A stretch of DNA of 64,000 bases from Spirochaetia bacterium (GTDB taxonomy: Bacteria > Spirochaetota > Spirochaetia > CAKZLE01). How positions within the stretch are numbered: the stretch's first letter is position 1; each line of letters opens with the position of its first letter. Both the position numbers and the translations under genes were made by a program. Of the stretch, positions 28,803-37,724 are shown piece by piece. The notes beneath the pieces are model-generated. The model ran no database searches and was not told the origin of the DNA. It saw only the letters and a list, made by a program, of their open reading frames with translations. The stretch lies in contig OY782041.1 in NCBI GenBank assembly GCA_963677595.1, forward strand, positions 224,001 through 288,000, read 5' to 3'.

Positions 28803-29705
28803 TCAATCAGCCAGGGTATCCTGGAGTTCCCTGATGGCATCTTCACTCAATCCTGTGATATCAGCGATATCAGGGGGAGACATCCCCTTAGCCAACATTC
28901 GCTTTGCAATCGCTTTCTTTTCTTCCTCTACGATCGCCTTCTCCCGAGCCAGGGCATCCTGTACTGCCAGCCTTCGCTGTTCCTTGTGGTACCTGCTCAC
29001 ATCCTCATCGCTTATGTGTATCATCTGATCTACCGCCTTGTCGAAGATCGCGTTCCGTTGACAGAGTTCCTCGAGCTGTGTCTCATCCTCCAGCCTGAAG
29101 AATGTCGTCCACTGATCCCTCAGGCTCTCGGGATCATCATGGTCCATACGCTTAAGCTCCACGAAGACCATCTCCATGAGATCCGTGAACTCTTCTTTCG
29201 TCTCCCGGTCATGGAAGGTCATGTGCCGTATATAGGACCTGGTCGTATCCGGCTTCTCTTCGTAGTTCTCTCCGTCCTTATCTTCTTCCGTCTCTATCAG
29301 ATTATAGCACAGAAAATTGAGAGTTATAGCCTTGCCGAAATCGGCAGGCCGCTTTCGGCAGTCTCCCTTCTTGATCTGGCTTGAGTAGAGGCGGGCAAGG
29401 TAATGCAGGCTGCGGGGCATGATGTCAAACTCATTACGGACCTGGACCTCGACGTTGATATGCTCGTTGTTCGAGGTGAGGACCCGCAGGTCGAGGCGGA
29501 AGAGCTTGTCATCGGGGTATTCCCGCTCTATTTCCGTGGTCATGATCGTGATGTCCTCCGGGCTCTCCGCGGAGATGTCGAGGTAGGCGGTGAGCAGGGA
29601 GAGCAGCAGGTCCTTGTTCTCCTCCTTGGTGAAGATCGCCTTGAAGACGATGTCACTGGTAAGCGGCAGCAAGGTGCTGTTCCCGTACTTGATCTCTTTA
29701 AACAT
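28803..29705 (-). CDS. Rpn-family recombination-promoting nuclease (PD-(D/E)XK nuclease / putative transposase)
   Basis: 'SDIVFKAIF', 'RLDLRV...INVEVQ', 'RSLHYLARLYSSQIKKG', 'FVELKR', C-terminal 'IAKRMLAKGM..DIADITGLS'. Confidence 0.92.
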   Translation of the reverse strand: MFKEIKYGNSTLLPLTSDIVFKAIFTKEENKDLLLSLLTAYLDISAESPEDITIMTTEIEREYPDDKLFRLDLRVLTSNNEHINVEVQVRNEFDIMPRSLHYLARLYSSQIKKGDCRKRPADFGKAITLNFLCYNLIETEEDKDGENYEEKPDTTRSYIRHMTFHDRETKEEFTDLMEMVFVELKRMDHDDPESLRDQWTTFFRLEDETQLEELCQRNAIFDKAVDQMIHISDEDVSRYHKEQRRLAVQDALAREKAIVEEEKKAIAKRMLAKGMSPPDIADITGLSEDAIRELQDTLAD

Positions 29706-29790
29706 GCGGGTTCCTCCTGTGTTCGTATAGCTACTACAAACAGGATTTAGTTAGATTTGATTTAAAAAATGCTGCGATCGATGAAAAAAA

Positions 29791-29963
29791 TATGACTGTA
29801 GTTGAGAAGTCACAGATGCTATCCTATTCTTGACGGAGAATGGGAACCGGTGATCGGATAATACTCCTTTGTGACGGATGCTGAACTTTCAGACATACCT
29901 CAATCAAAAAGATACACTGCCCGATCATTGTAGACTACTTGGAGACTTCCCGGGGAATTCTCC
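29791..29963 (+). repeat. Orphan copy of the IS110 left end / bridge RNA, no recombinase attached
   Basis: Gapless 156/173-nt match to the reverse complement of 4198-4370. Confidence 0.92.
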
Positions 29964-30035
29964 TGACAGTCTTACTGCGGCTGGACGATTCCGGCATCCG
30001 ACCAGTTGAACAAACCTACCGTTCCGGTATAATCC

Positions 30036-30938
30036 ATGGGTATGGAACAGATTCTCGGACAGGCCCTGGCACTGGTCATAGCAGTATGCTGGGCACAGAA
30101 CTCCCTCGTCTTCTCATATACCGGCGGCAGGATCGGAGCGAACACCACAGCCCATGTCAGGCTGTGGATTGCGCTGCCGCTCATCCTTGCCGTCCACAGG
30201 ATCTGGCTTGGCTCCTGGTTACCGCAGGGATACGGATTGGAGACCTGGCTCCCCCTCGGGCTCTCCGGGGTACTTGGCTTCTTCATAGCGGACATCCTGA
30301 TCTTCCAGTCCTACGTCCTCCTCGGCCCGAGGGAGACCCTCGTGATCCTGACGACATCGCCCATCATCATCGCTCTCCTCTCTGCGGCATTCCTGCAGGA
30401 GGCATTATCCCGGATGCAGGTCTTCGGGATCCTGACGACGGTGGCAGGGGTCATGTGGGTAGTACATACGGAGACGGAGAGACGCAGGAAGGAGCAGCGG
30501 CACAGCCTCAAGGGCATCCTGGCGGCACTCGGCGGGTCAGTCACCCAGGCAGCGGCCATGGTCCTCTCACGGGCAGGGATGGATGAAGGGATCCATCCGC
30601 TCTCCGCTACGGTGATCAGGATAAGCTTCGGGTTCATCGGGCTTGTGGTGATGGTGATCCTGCAGGGAAGGTTCATCGATGACTTCAGGAAAGCCGGATC
30701 TGTGAGGATCCTCCTCCTGATCACGGCAGCCGTGGCTGCAGGTCCCATCATAGGCATCAGCCTCACCCTCTATGCCATAACCCTCGCCCCGGTGGGAGTC
30801 GTGACCGCGATCAGCCAGATCAGCCCGATCCTCCTGCTTCCCGTCGAACGGTACGCCTTCGGGAAGAGGATCGGCCTCAGTACCCTTGCGGGCACGGCCG
30901 TCGCGATCTCAGGCACGATTATCCTGATCGCAGCCTGA
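30036..30938 (+). CDS. DMT/EamA-family transporter
   Basis: Two EamA-like repeats, about 10 TM segments; start may be 30042. Confidence 0.88.
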   Translation: MGMEQILGQALALVIAVCWAQNSLVFSYTGGRIGANTTAHVRLWIALPLILAVHRIWLGSWLPQGYGLETWLPLGLSGVLGFFIADILIFQSYVLLGPRETLVILTTSPIIIALLSAAFLQEALSRMQVFGILTTVAGVMWVVHTETERRRKEQRHSLKGILAALGGSVTQAAAMVLSRAGMDEGIHPLSATVIRISFGFIGLVVMVILQGRFIDDFRKAGSVRILLLITAAVAAGPIIGISLTLYAITLAPVGVVTAISQISPILLLPVERYAFGKRIGLSTLAGTAVAISGTIILIAA

Positions 30939-31005
30939 ACGAGAAGACCTATATTTCGGCTTCATTACGCTTGCGTACGGCTCTCAGTGGCTGTATCATA
31001 AAGAT

Positions 31006-31503
31006 ATGGGTAGCTGTACGTATGACGATTCATTCCTATTCTCACACAGTCTCTTTGGCGGCCTTTCCTGTGAGGAGATAGATTATATCAGGGACTGCTT
31101 CAAGGAGGAGGTGTATGAGGGCGGACAGCTCATCCTCACCCAGGGGGAACCCAACAACAGGATCTTCTTCATCCTCGAAGGGGGAGTCGAGATCCTGAAG
31201 CACCCCGTGGACCTGGGAGATGCAGATCGGCTCATCTCGACCCTGATCGCGGGGGATACCTTCGGGGAGATGGAACTCATCGACATCCAGCCCTGCGCCG
31301 CCTCAGCCAGGGCTGTAGGCAGCACCACGGTCCTGACGTTCACCAATTACGATCTCTACCGCCTCTCCAAGACCCACCTGAAGGTCTATGCCATGATCAT
31401 CATGAACCTTGCCCGGGAGATCAGCAGGCGGCTGCGCAAGACCGACCAGGACCTGGCTGAGATCATGTACGAGACGCAGAAGCAGATCACCTCGTTCGAC
31501 TAG
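31006..31503 (+). CDS. Cyclic nucleotide-binding domain protein
   Basis: 'ILTQGEP...[10 protein letters not shown]', '[21 protein letters not shown]', 'ISRRLRKTD'. Confidence 0.88.
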   Translation: MGSCTYDDSFLFSHSLFGGLSCEEIDYIRDCFKEEVYEGGQLILTQGEPNNRIFFILEGGVEILKHPVDLGDADRLISTLIAGDTFGEMELIDIQPCAASARAVGSTTVLTFTNYDLYRLSKTHLKVYAMIIMNLAREISRRLRKTDQDLAEIMYETQKQITSFD

Positions 31504-31850
31504 AAGGTCCCCGAGATCCTGTTATCATCATCAACGATCACCACTGACGGCGTGAAGGCATCTGCCTCCTCTTCCGTCATGGAGGCGTATGCGACGATGA
31601 TCACCTTGTCCCCGGGCTGCACCAGCCTGGCGGCTGCCCCGTTGAGGCAGATCTCCCCCGGCTCCCCGTTGATGATGTAGGTCGTGAGCCGTGAGCCGTT
31701 CGTGATATCGAGTACATCGACTTTCTCATATTCCCTCATATTGGCAGCCCGGTAGAGTGCCGGGTCGATCGAAATCGAACCGACATAGTTCAGGTCTGCC
31801 CGTGTCACCGTTGCCCGGTGTATCTTCCCTTTGAGCATCTCTATCGTCAT
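31500..31850 (-). CDS. panD: Aspartate 1-decarboxylase
   Basis: '[20 protein letters not shown]', 'LNGAAARL'. Confidence 0.96.
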   Translation of the reverse strand: MTIEMLKGKIHRATVTRADLNYVGSISIDPALYRAANMREYEKVDVLDITNGSRLTTYIINGEPGEICLNGAAARLVQPGDKVIIVAYASMTEEEADAFTPSVVIVDDDNRISGTF

Positions 31851-32617
31851 GGATTCATCTCCTGTGCAGTATAGATCCCTTCCAGGACCAGGTCAGGAAG
31901 GATCTGGTCGAACAGACCCGATGCGGTGAACAGACCGGAGAACCCCCCGGTCCCCAGCACGACGGTCTCCCCGCTGGAGAACTGCTCCTGCTTCAGCCGG
32001 GTGATCACCTCCCGTGCTGTACCGAGGGCCCCGTAATAGAGACCTGACTGTATGCTGGTCTCCGTGGTCTGCCCGCAGACACGCTCCGGGGTGGTGATCT
32101 CCACCTTCGGCAGTTTTGCCGTGTTCTCCTCGAGCGCCTTCATGGAGAGCCGCATACCCGGGACGATCACGCCCCCGATATACTCCTTCCCCGCCGTGAT
32201 GACATCGAAGGTCGTCGCCGTCCCGAAGTCGGCGACGATCAGGTTCTTTCCCGGGTACCTGGCGACCCCGGCGATCGCGTTGGAGATCCTGTCGGCTCCT
32301 ACCGCGGCGGGGTTCTTGTACCGGATCTTCAGCCCGGTCCTGACCCCGGACTTCAGCATGAACGGCTCGTGCCCGAAGTAGCGCCTGCAGCTGTTGTAGA
32401 GCGCATGGTTGAGGTCCGGTACGACCGAACAGCAGGCGACCCGCTTCACCTCTTCAGGGTCGAACCCGTTCTCCCGGATCACCCCTTTCAGGAAGAACCC
32501 GAGTTCATCCGAGCTGATCCCCATATCGGTGACCTTCCTGAACCGCAGGACCACCTTCCCATCCTTGAACAACCCGGCATACAGCTGTGTGTTACCGGCA
32601 TCTATACATAGAATCAT
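31847..32617 (-). CDS. coaX: Type III pantothenate kinase
   Basis: 'IDAGNT', 'VGADR', 'DFGTATT', 'IQSGLYYG', 'TGG'. Confidence 0.95.
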   Translation of the reverse strand: MILCIDAGNTQLYAGLFKDGKVVLRFRKVTDMGISSDELGFFLKGVIRENGFDPEEVKRVACCSVVPDLNHALYNSCRRYFGHEPFMLKSGVRTGLKIRYKNPAAVGADRISNAIAGVARYPGKNLIVADFGTATTFDVITAGKEYIGGVIVPGMRLSMKALEENTAKLPKVEITTPERVCGQTTETSIQSGLYYGALGTAREVITRLKQEQFSSGETVVLGTGGFSGLFTASGLFDQILPDLVLEGIYTAQEMNP

Positions 32618-33276
32618 ATTCTCTCCTTCAGGTAGTTCATCAGCCATGCGGCCATCTCTTCCTTGGTCATGGTCTCACCAAGACGGCCGGCCTGGCTGTA
32701 GTAGGCAGCTTTATGGATCAGCGGCCCGATCGTAAACAGGTCGTTATGGACCACCAGGTCGCAGCAGCCCCGTGAGAGCAGGGCATCCACAGCTGCCTGC
32801 TGCTCCTCTGCCGATTGCGTGTTCGTCAGCTTGAAACCGATGAGGATGATCTCTTTCTCAGAGAATGATCGTATCCTGTCTATGATCTTGTGGTTCTTCC
32901 TGAACCGCACCGTGAACTCCTCGGATGACGGGAGTTTCCCGTTATATGAAGGTTCGACCCTCCTGCCGTCATCGTAGATGATCTCTGCCGGCGAGAAGTC
33001 ACTGACAGCTGCCAGGTGGATCACGGCATCGTACCGTTCCCTCCCGAGCATATACTGAAGCTTCTTCTCAAGGTCATTGAAATCATCGAAACGCAGGGAC
33101 TTCTCAGGTGTCAGGTTCAACTCCGTGAACCGGCCTTTCAGCAGATGGACGGTGTGGCCCGCCCGGGTGAACTCATTTGCCAGCACGTTACCCGTCGAGC
33201 CGCTGGAGAGGTTCGTGATCACACGGACCCCGTCAAGGTTTTCGCAGGTCCCGCCTGAAGTTATCAGCACTTTCAT
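32614..33276 (-). CDS. coaB: Phosphopantothenate--cysteine ligase (stand-alone)
   Basis: 'LITSGGTCENLDGVRVITNLSSGSTG', 'HLAAVSDF', 'IGFKL'. Confidence 0.9.
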   Translation of the reverse strand: MKVLITSGGTCENLDGVRVITNLSSGSTGNVLANEFTRAGHTVHLLKGRFTELNLTPEKSLRFDDFNDLEKKLQYMLGRERYDAVIHLAAVSDFSPAEIIYDDGRRVEPSYNGKLPSSEEFTVRFRKNHKIIDRIRSFSEKEIILIGFKLTNTQSAEEQQAAVDALLSRGCCDLVVHNDLFTIGPLIHKAAYYSQAGRLGETMTKEEMAAWLMNYLKERI

Positions 33277-33815
33277 AATGAACTCCTGATGAAGGAAGCC
33301 GTACGTTCCGGCGAGATCAGCCTGCCGCTGCCGTGGACCCCGCAGGCAAGCGCCCCCTCCTCGGTCGGGAGGATGTGTGCTCCCCAGGATGCAAGGGTCT
33401 CCAGGTTCCTCACGACGGCGGGGTGTGCGAGCATGTTGCTGTTCATCGCCGGGGTCACGAGGTATGGTACTCTGAAGTTATTGGCCAGAAAGAGCGCTGA
33501 GACGAGGTCTTCCGCCGTACCTGCTGCCAGGCGGGCGATGGTCGTCGCCGATGCCGGGTAGAGGATGATGAGATCCGCCCAGTCAGCCAGGCTGATGTGG
33601 TTGATCCGGTGGGGTTCTGAGAACATCGAACTCTCCACCGGCCTTCGGGTGACCCCTTCCAGGGCCGACGGCCCGATGAACTCCAGGGCCTTCTCCGTCG
33701 CGACGCACTGCACTTCATGCCCATCCTTCCCCAGCAGGGAGGCAAGGCTTGCGGCCTTATAGGCGGCCACTGAACCTGAGATACAGAGAACTATGTGCTT
33801 ACCTGATTCTGACAT
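33273..33815 (-). CDS. coaC: Phosphopantothenoylcysteine decarboxylase (stand-alone flavoprotein)
   Basis: 'SGSVAAYKA', 'HISLADWAD', 'PAMNSNM', 'LACG..GSGRL'. Confidence 0.92.
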   Translation of the reverse strand: MSESGKHIVLCISGSVAAYKAASLASLLGKDGHEVQCVATEKALEFIGPSALEGVTRRPVESSMFSEPHRINHISLADWADLIILYPASATTIARLAAGTAEDLVSALFLANNFRVPYLVTPAMNSNMLAHPAVVRNLETLASWGAHILPTEEGALACGVHGSGRLISPERTASFIRSSL

Positions 33816-34563
33816 TGTCTATCAACCTCACAGTACCGAGGAAGACCGCCGCAAGCAGCCGGTCCTCCCACGCTTCGATATAATCGACGATGAACCCGTG
33901 CTCCACGAGCAGGAGCTTCATCTGTTCGATCCCGACACCTGAAGAGATCACCCGGTGGAAATAGGGGGCAACCTCCTTCTCATGCTCGGTCAGCAGCAGG
34001 TTCCTCGAACTCAACGCGAGGCCGGAGGCTTCCCTGACGATGGGACAGGGAACGATCTCCGTATCGAGGAAGAAGGTCTTCACCATCCCGCTGATCAGCC
34101 GGTACTGCTGCCAGTCCTTCTCCCCGAAGTAGGCCCTGTCGGCTGAGGAGAGCATCAGGAGCTTCAGGACGACGGTCAACACCCCGGTGAAATGGCCGGG
34201 CCGTGCAGCCCCGCAGAACCGCTTGGTGACCTCGGTCTCGATCACCTGGTAGGTGAACCCGTCCGCATACATATCCTCATAGCCGGGGGTGAAGAGGAGA
34301 TCGACCCCGAGTGATTCCAGGATCGCCAGGTCCTCGTCCAGCGGCTCGGGGTAGGCTGCAAGGTCATCCGGGTTGTTGAACTGGGTAGGATTCAGGTAGA
34401 TGCTCACGGCAGTGAGGTCATTCTCAGCCAGGGACCGCTCGACGAGGCTCACATGCCCCGCATGGAGTGCCCCCATGGTCGGGACGAACCCGATGCGCTT
34501 CCCGGCAGCCTTCTCCTGCCCCAACCGCTCTTTCCATTGATACGGATCCTTGATGATGGTCAT
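33799..34563 (-). CDS. panC: Pantoate--beta-alanine ligase
   Basis: 'GFVPTMGALHAGH', 'NPTQF', 'RPGHFTGV', 'FGEKDWQQ', 'LALSSRN', 'RLIDN'. Confidence 0.96.
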   Translation of the reverse strand: MTIIKDPYQWKERLGQEKAAGKRIGFVPTMGALHAGHVSLVERSLAENDLTAVSIYLNPTQFNNPDDLAAYPEPLDEDLAILESLGVDLLFTPGYEDMYADGFTYQVIETEVTKRFCGAARPGHFTGVLTVVLKLLMLSSADRAYFGEKDWQQYRLISGMVKTFFLDTEIVPCPIVREASGLALSSRNLLLTEHEKEVAPYFHRVISSGVGIEQMKLLLVEHGFIVDYIEAWEDRLLAAVFLGTVRLIDNVRIR

Positions 34564-35348
34564 CGGTAACTCTCCTTCTTGGACGGGAACACACGTTCCT
34601 TTGACTCCTGATCATAACGATTCAGCGCATCGATCATGAGCGATGCACCATCCATATACTGTCTCACGAACTTGGGCGGCTCCGCCTCGATGAGGCCGAG
34701 CATGTCATGCAGCACCAGGACCTGCCCGTCGACCATGCTGCCTGCCCCGATCCCGATCGTCGGGATCCTCAAAGCCTCGGTGATCTCCTGCCCGAGCGAT
34801 GCCGGGATGCACTCGAGCACGACTGAGAAGCAGCCGAGCTCCTGGAGCTTCAGAGCCTCCTCCATGATCCTCTGCTGGTCCCCGCTCTTCTTTCCCTGGA
34901 CCCTGAACCCGCCGAACTGGTGCACGGACTGCGGGGTCAGCCCGAGATGCCCCATGACCGGGACACCGGATCCCACGATGTGGGAGATGATCTCCTCATG
35001 GCCTGACACACCCTCGAGCTTCACGGCATTGGCTCCGGCACGCATCAAGACCTCTACCGTCTCCATCGCCTGGGTGAGTCCCTTGCGGTAGCTCAAGAAC
35101 GGCATGTCCCCGATGATGAACCCCTTCGGGGCTCCCCGCCTGACTGCCCTGACATGCATCGCCATCATCTGCGTGTCTGCGAGGATGGTGGTATCATCCC
35201 CATGCATGACCATGGCGAGGCTGTCGCCTACCAGTATGGTGTCTACCGATGAGCGCTCGATGAGGGCGGCACTCCAGCTGTCGTAGGAGGTGACCATCGT
35301 GATCGGGATGCCTTCTGTCTTTCTACGAATGAAATCCTGGGAATTCAC
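34560..35348 (-). CDS. panB: 3-methyl-2-oxobutanoate hydroxymethyltransferase
   Basis: 'LVGDSLAM', 'DMPFLSY', 'VKLEG', 'GHLGLTPQS', 'IGIGAG...DGQVLV'. Confidence 0.96.
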   Translation of the reverse strand: MNSQDFIRRKTEGIPITMVTSYDSWSAALIERSSVDTILVGDSLAMVMHGDDTTILADTQMMAMHVRAVRRGAPKGFIIGDMPFLSYRKGLTQAMETVEVLMRAGANAVKLEGVSGHEEIISHIVGSGVPVMGHLGLTPQSVHQFGGFRVQGKKSGDQQRIMEEALKLQELGCFSVVLECIPASLGQEITEALRIPTIGIGAGSMVDGQVLVLHDMLGLIEAEPPKFVRQYMDGASLMIDALNRYDQESKERVFPSKKESYR

Positions 35349-35545
35349 AGTACTGCTCCTTGCGGCCAGAAAGGAGGAGAGGTATGTGCTGTCTTTGAAG
35401 TGGATGATTGGGGTACTGGTACCTGTCCGTCATAGATCAAGTCCTTCCTGTGGTTTTTTTAGTCGGAGAGATCATTACCGGTCGTTGCGGCAAGCCGTCA
35501 ACGCCTGATCTCACGCTACAACTATACTCATACAGGAGAAGAAAA

Positions 35546-36247
35546 TCAAGCGCCGAACTGCCGTATCACCAGGACTGCGGCAAGGAGGATCCCGTTCGAG
35601 AGGTTGTGAATGAGGATCGGGCCGAGCAGGGAATGGGAGTACTCGAACATGACGGCATAGAGGACCCCCATCGCGAGGGCAAGGGACTGGGAGAGCGGGT
35701 CGATGGTGCTGATCGAGAAGGGAGTGAACGAGATGGCCACCCCGGCGGCAGCGAAGAGGACCACCGAGATGAGGCCCGCGACGGAGATCCCCTTCCTGAA
35801 GAGCGGGAAGGTATGGGCGAATACTGGATGGAGCATGCCGATCACGAAGGCACGGAAGAGTACCTCATCCGAGAGCCCTGAGAGGGTGAAGGCGTATACG
35901 AGGTCCCCTGCTCCCGGGTCCAGGGGGGATGAGAAAAGCAGGACCCAGAGCGTCGCCGCAGCGGTCCAGAACAGCGTGAATAATCCTGCAGTCTTCAGGC
36001 TCCAGGACGCATGGTTGAGGTTGAAGCCTATATCACGGAAGCTGAAGGAACGGGAGAGCAGCAGCATGACCGCCAAGGAGAGGAGGAGCTGCACCCCGCT
36101 GCGGGCCGCATCCCAGAGTGCTCCCCATCGTTCGATGGGAAGGAGGTCTGCGATCAGCACCCCTGCACGCGGGAAGATCCTGATGCAGATGATCACGAAG
36201 GCGAGACGGATTATCCTGTGTGCCCATAACTCCGATCGTTGACTCAT
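35546..36247 (-). CDS. CPBP (CAAX/Abi)-family intramembrane protease-like protein
   Basis: 'SDEVLFRA' (variant of EExxxR), 'PILIHNLSN', TM helices. Confidence 0.75.
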   Translation of the reverse strand: MSQRSELWAHRIIRLAFVIICIRIFPRAGVLIADLLPIERWGALWDAARSGVQLLLSLAVMLLLSRSFSFRDIGFNLNHASWSLKTAGLFTLFWTAAATLWVLLFSSPLDPGAGDLVYAFTLSGLSDEVLFRAFVIGMLHPVFAHTFPLFRKGISVAGLISVVLFAAAGVAISFTPFSISTIDPLSQSLALAMGVLYAVMFEYSHSLLGPILIHNLSNGILLAAVLVIRQFGA

Positions 36248-36376
36248 GCATCCTCCTCGGTCCATCATAGCATGAGGGAGGAGGCCTGTGCAAATCCTGC
36301 TTGAAGTAAAAGTTTAGCTACCACAGAGGGTGAGTTCTGTATATAATGGTCTTATTACACAAAGGCAGGTGCATCC

Positions 36377-37723
36377 ATGAGTCCAGTCACACGAAAGACC
36401 AAATTCGGGTTCGGTATAGGCGATCTTGGGGGAAATCTCTTCTTCACTATCATCGGGTTCTACCTGCTCTACTACCTTACCGATATCGTGGGGCTCTCAG
36501 CCGCCCTGGCAGGCACCGTCCTCATGATCGGGAAGATCTGGGACGCGGTCACCGACCCGGTCACCGGCTTCCTCTCTGACAGGACCCGGTCCCGCTGGGG
36601 GCGCAGGCGCCCCTATATGTTCGTCGGGTCGATCATCGCCTTCTTCGCCATGGGACTCATGTTCACCGACCCGGGCATCACGAGCCAGCTGCCGCTCTTC
36701 TTCTATATGACCGGTATCTTCTGCCTGCTCAACACCGCCTACACCCTGGTGAACATCCCCTATGCGGCACTGCTGCCGGAGCTCACCAGCGACTTCAACG
36801 AACGGACAGTCCTCACCGGGTACCGCATGAGCTTTGCCGTCATCGGCACCTTCCTCGGTGCGGGAGCGGTCTTCCCCATCATCGGGCTCTTCGGTGACCC
36901 CACACGGGGATGGAGCATCATGGGCTATATCATGGGGGGCATCATGCTCGCCTCCTGCATGGTCACCATCCTGACGATCAGGGAACCGGACCATGTCCAT
37001 GACCACGGGCAGACCGGGTTCCTCCAGACCTACCGGGAAGCCCTCAGGAACACGGTCTTCCTCCGTGCACTCATTCCCTGGGCCCTCTTCATCACCGGGA
37101 CCACCATGGTCCAGGGAGCCCTGGTCTACTATTTCGCCAATATATTCGGGGACGAGGGACTCTTCCAGATCGCCCTGCTCTTCCTACTCACCATGAGCCT
37201 CCTCTTCATCCCGATCTGGGTGAGGATCTCGAAGCGCATCGGGAAGAAGAACAGCTACAACATCGGCATGGGCATCATGTCGGTCGGGGTCCTGCTCTTC
37301 TCCCTGGCAGGGGAACAGCTCGGCCCGATAGTCGCCTGCGTGATCATGGCTGCTGCGGGCATCGGGCTCTCGACCCATTACGTCATGCCCCACTCCATCC
37401 TCCCGGATGTCGTGGAACACGACAGCATCCACTACGGCGGGGTACGCCGGGAGGGTGTATTCTCGAGTCTCTGGACCTTCTTGAGCAAGATCGGCCAGGC
37501 TTTGGCCCTGGCGCTCAACGGCTGGATCCTCTCCATCGCCGGGTACCAGCCCGACACGGTCGCTACCGATTCCGCCATCCTGGGGATCAAGCTGGTGTGC
37601 GGGCCCTTCCCGGTCATCTTCTACCTTATCGGGATCATCATCCTCGCACAGTACCCGATCAGCCGGGAGTATTATGAGAAGATGATCGCCAACCGGCTCG
37701 AACCGGCTGAGGCAGGGGAATAG
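36377..37723 (+). CDS. Glycoside-pentoside-hexuronide (GPH) family MFS transporter
   Basis: 'IWDAVTDPVTGFLSDRTRSRWGRRRPY', 'NIPYAAL', 'RREGVF'. Confidence 0.93.
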   Translation: MSPVTRKTKFGFGIGDLGGNLFFTIIGFYLLYYLTDIVGLSAALAGTVLMIGKIWDAVTDPVTGFLSDRTRSRWGRRRPYMFVGSIIAFFAMGLMFTDPGITSQLPLFFYMTGIFCLLNTAYTLVNIPYAALLPELTSDFNERTVLTGYRMSFAVIGTFLGAGAVFPIIGLFGDPTRGWSIMGYIMGGIMLASCMVTILTIREPDHVHDHGQTGFLQTYREALRNTVFLRALIPWALFITGTTMVQGALVYYFANIFGDEGLFQIALLFLLTMSLLFIPIWVRISKRIGKKNSYNIGMGIMSVGVLLFSLAGEQLGPIVACVIMAAAGIGLSTHYVMPHSILPDVVEHDSIHYGGVRREGVFSSLWTFLSKIGQALALALNGWILSIAGYQPDTVATDSAILGIKLVCGPFPVIFYLIGIIILAQYPISREYYEKMIANRLEPAEAGE

Positions 37724-37724
37724 C

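Noticed and set aside
29939-30586. 215-aa ORF starting inside the orphan IS end, as a possible transposase remnant
   Set aside because: No DEDD motifs; it is an alternative frame of the EamA gene.
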